Source: Heptranchias perlo (taxonomy: Eukaryota). From it: a stretch of DNA of 64,000 bases. The first letter of the stretch is position 1, and each line of letters starts with the position of its first letter. Made by a program: the position numbers and the translations under genes. The stretch covers positions 6,014,001-6,078,000 of the forward strand of contig NC_090370.1 in assembly GCF_035084215.1 (NCBI RefSeq). Reading direction: 5' to 3'. The notes beneath the pieces were generated by a model. The model was not told the origin of the DNA and made no database searches. It was given only the letters and a program-made list of their open reading frames with translations. Below are positions 61,455 to 64,000 of this stretch, piece by piece.

Positions 61455-64000
61455 AATTACTCCAATCTTCAGCTTGCTGGGCTCCCTCCCACCATAAACC
61501 CTGTTGAAAACTCTGCGGCACACATCCTGTCCCACACTAACATATATTGGCTCCTTGCCCTCATTAAGTTTCTTATTAAGTTTCTTTTCCCTCCCCAAGA
61601 AATAATGGACTTGTCCCACCTCCAGCTCTATCCTCCCGTCCTCTAATATTCCATTCCTCTGTTGCAGAGCCTTCAGCCACCTGGGTCCTATTCTCTGGAC
61701 TTCGCTCCATAAAAGTCTCCATCTCACTCTTTGCCTTCAAAAAACTTGTCAAAGCCCATCTCTTTGACCAGGCTGTTGATTAGTTCTTCTAATCTCTCCC
61801 TTACTGGCTCGCCATTTGTTTTCCTTATGTATATCTGTGAATTGCCGTGGGATTTTCTTAATGTCAAAGTTGTTGTTGTTCTGTGTTCTCTTCAACTACA
61901 TTATGTGATGAGCTGCAGCACCAAACTTAACTGTCAAATTACACTGACTGACAGCACATTGCAAACCACAACCATCTATTTTGTGAGCAACAAAGGACAC
62001 AAGCTTTTAACATTCTGAAAATACAAGTTGCAGAAAATAAATCATTTTAATGACTCAAGTGACAACTGAAGCAGCACAGGTGCACCTGAGCTACTACATG
62101 TGCTCATAAAACCTTCCCCACATCTCCATTAGATGGGAAGCCACTCTGATATGTTTATCACAAGTGCAGCTCCGCACAATCTGATCTAGCTATAAACACA
62201 TCAAAAAGGTAATGTGTCGTGCTTTGGAAACAGGAAAAGAGAAAGCAGTGGGTAAAGAATCTCAGCTTTTTACACATCAAAAGCAGTGCCATGCTACTTA
62301 AATAGCTGATGTGCACTTCTTTCCTGTGTATTAGAATGATTTCAACAGGCTTTCTAGTGCAATGGGGATTGTAAGCTGGTCAAAGCATCAGGAGCTCTGT
62401 TAATGTTCCTCTACAGGAAAACATCAAGTAAATTATAATAAAGACACATTTAAGAGAAGACACTCAGGATCCATTCAGAGTTCATTTCATTATATGCACA
62501 CAGCAAGGAAATGAGTATAACTGGAGATTGTGTTCCTTCTCCAGTTTCTTATTGCAGGTGTCTTCTCACTGAATGATCTCTCTCAATTATGCTGCAAAGA
62601 CAATTCTGAATAAACTCATTCTTAACAATTCAAACTGCTCTCAATGTAATAGTACATCACAGTCACTGTGCCTAGTGGTGACATTCAGCACCCACTCCAA
62701 GAAATAAACTCAAGACACTGCAGCACTTGTCAGAAGAGACAACTACCCCCAGTTTCCACAAATTCAGCTGAAATGCTGATATTCTAATTTAAGTGTAATA
62801 ATTCAGATATTAAAAGGGAATAGAAGCCAAATATTTATGGTCAATGATCATTCTCTAATTCTTTTACACACCTAATGCAGTCTGCAAAAGGCAGATGGGC
62901 ACCAGAGATAAATAAAACTAAAGTAAGTCAGCAATGTCAGCTTTAATAAATTTTCATTACAGCCTTGAAAACCTATATAATTCAACATGAAAGCAGTTAA
63001 AAAAAAAGCAACTCCAACTTGAAGAATGGCTTTCAAATTTTGGTGACCTTCCAAGCAGCAAATTCTCTACCATTAAAACAATAAGACGACAGCTGACTGC
63101 TCTCTCCATGTACAGACACATTAATACTTGTTACTAGTTAGAGATCAAATGTTTTTGGATTTTAGTTCTATTTGTTACCAACTTAATCCACAACAGGATG
63201 AGCCAGACAGCAGATGTGAGGTATACAATAGTGGCTCCAGTCTGAAAATGGATGTGTGAACTTTTAGATCTTCAAAATCACATTTTTAGGGGTCAACTCT
63301 ATTAATATTTTGGAGTTGAGCTATACAGAACATCACAATGTACTGTGACAAACAGTTTTAATCACAACAGTTATCACAATTAGAGGCATGCACTCCACAT
63401 TAATCTAGACCAGATATGCTTGCAGCAACATCTCTCTATAGATGCTTCAGCTTGGATCACTGGAATCAGTACTTATTTGAAACATCACTCAAGAAAAATA
63501 GCAAGAGACTAAAGAAGGGACAGTCGAGTTAAATGACAACCCACAATTATTAACACAGTTCGTGACCACTTTTTACAGTGATTCCAAATATTCCAGTTAC
63601 TAAAACATATAATGGATGTAAGGAATGCTTTCTTCTCTGACTCATCTGGGAAACTTACATTAACACAAGAAGAATTGATGCTGTCCAATAAACACATTTT
63701 ATTATAATTCCATTAACAATACTATTTTCATAAATAGTTTTTGCTCTAAGATTTGTCCACAATACTTTCTCTACATATTACATACAGAATCTTAAACTCC
63801 ACTGACAAACAACTAACTCCTCTATATTCAAGGAAGATAAACAATGCACTGCCTAATACTTCAGATACATTGCGGACTTCAAATTTTTGACTAGGTCCAG
63901 CCCAGATACAACACTGACCTGCTGCTGTCACTGGGAATGTCAGAAACTGCTTCTGTTTACTTGGGAGCCGAGTTGAGCTCTGTCAAATGTTTTTTGTAAC

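Overview
Vertebrate genomic DNA, most likely a cartilaginous fish (inferred from the CR1/L2 LINE, Deu-domain SINE and Harbinger content). Spliced genes reconstructed by hand from splice sites and phases: NPFF (-, 3 exons, 133 aa), CCDC65/DRC2 (+, 8 coding exons, 494 aa), FKBP11 (-, 6 exons, 189 aa, one GC-AG intron) and one internal exon of a class I ARF (ARF3 by synteny, -). Main observations: (1) a candidate unannotated 4-exon gene for a ~123-aa secreted Cys-containing protein between FKBP11 and ARF3; (2) a third amidation-ready peptide (...VPEKF-GR) in the NPFF precursor; (3) no canonical ARF last exon anywhere downstream, but an in-phase alternative terminal exon that would break the NKxD motif; (4) a family of 21-135 bp hairpin micro-insertions with target-site duplications (Penelope-like footprints), one at a ~1 kb deletion; (5) a SINE>Harbinger>hAT>micro-insertion nest in FKBP11 intron 4. 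No database searches were run; family assignments come from recalled protein and repeat motifs, and repeat boundaries are approximate.
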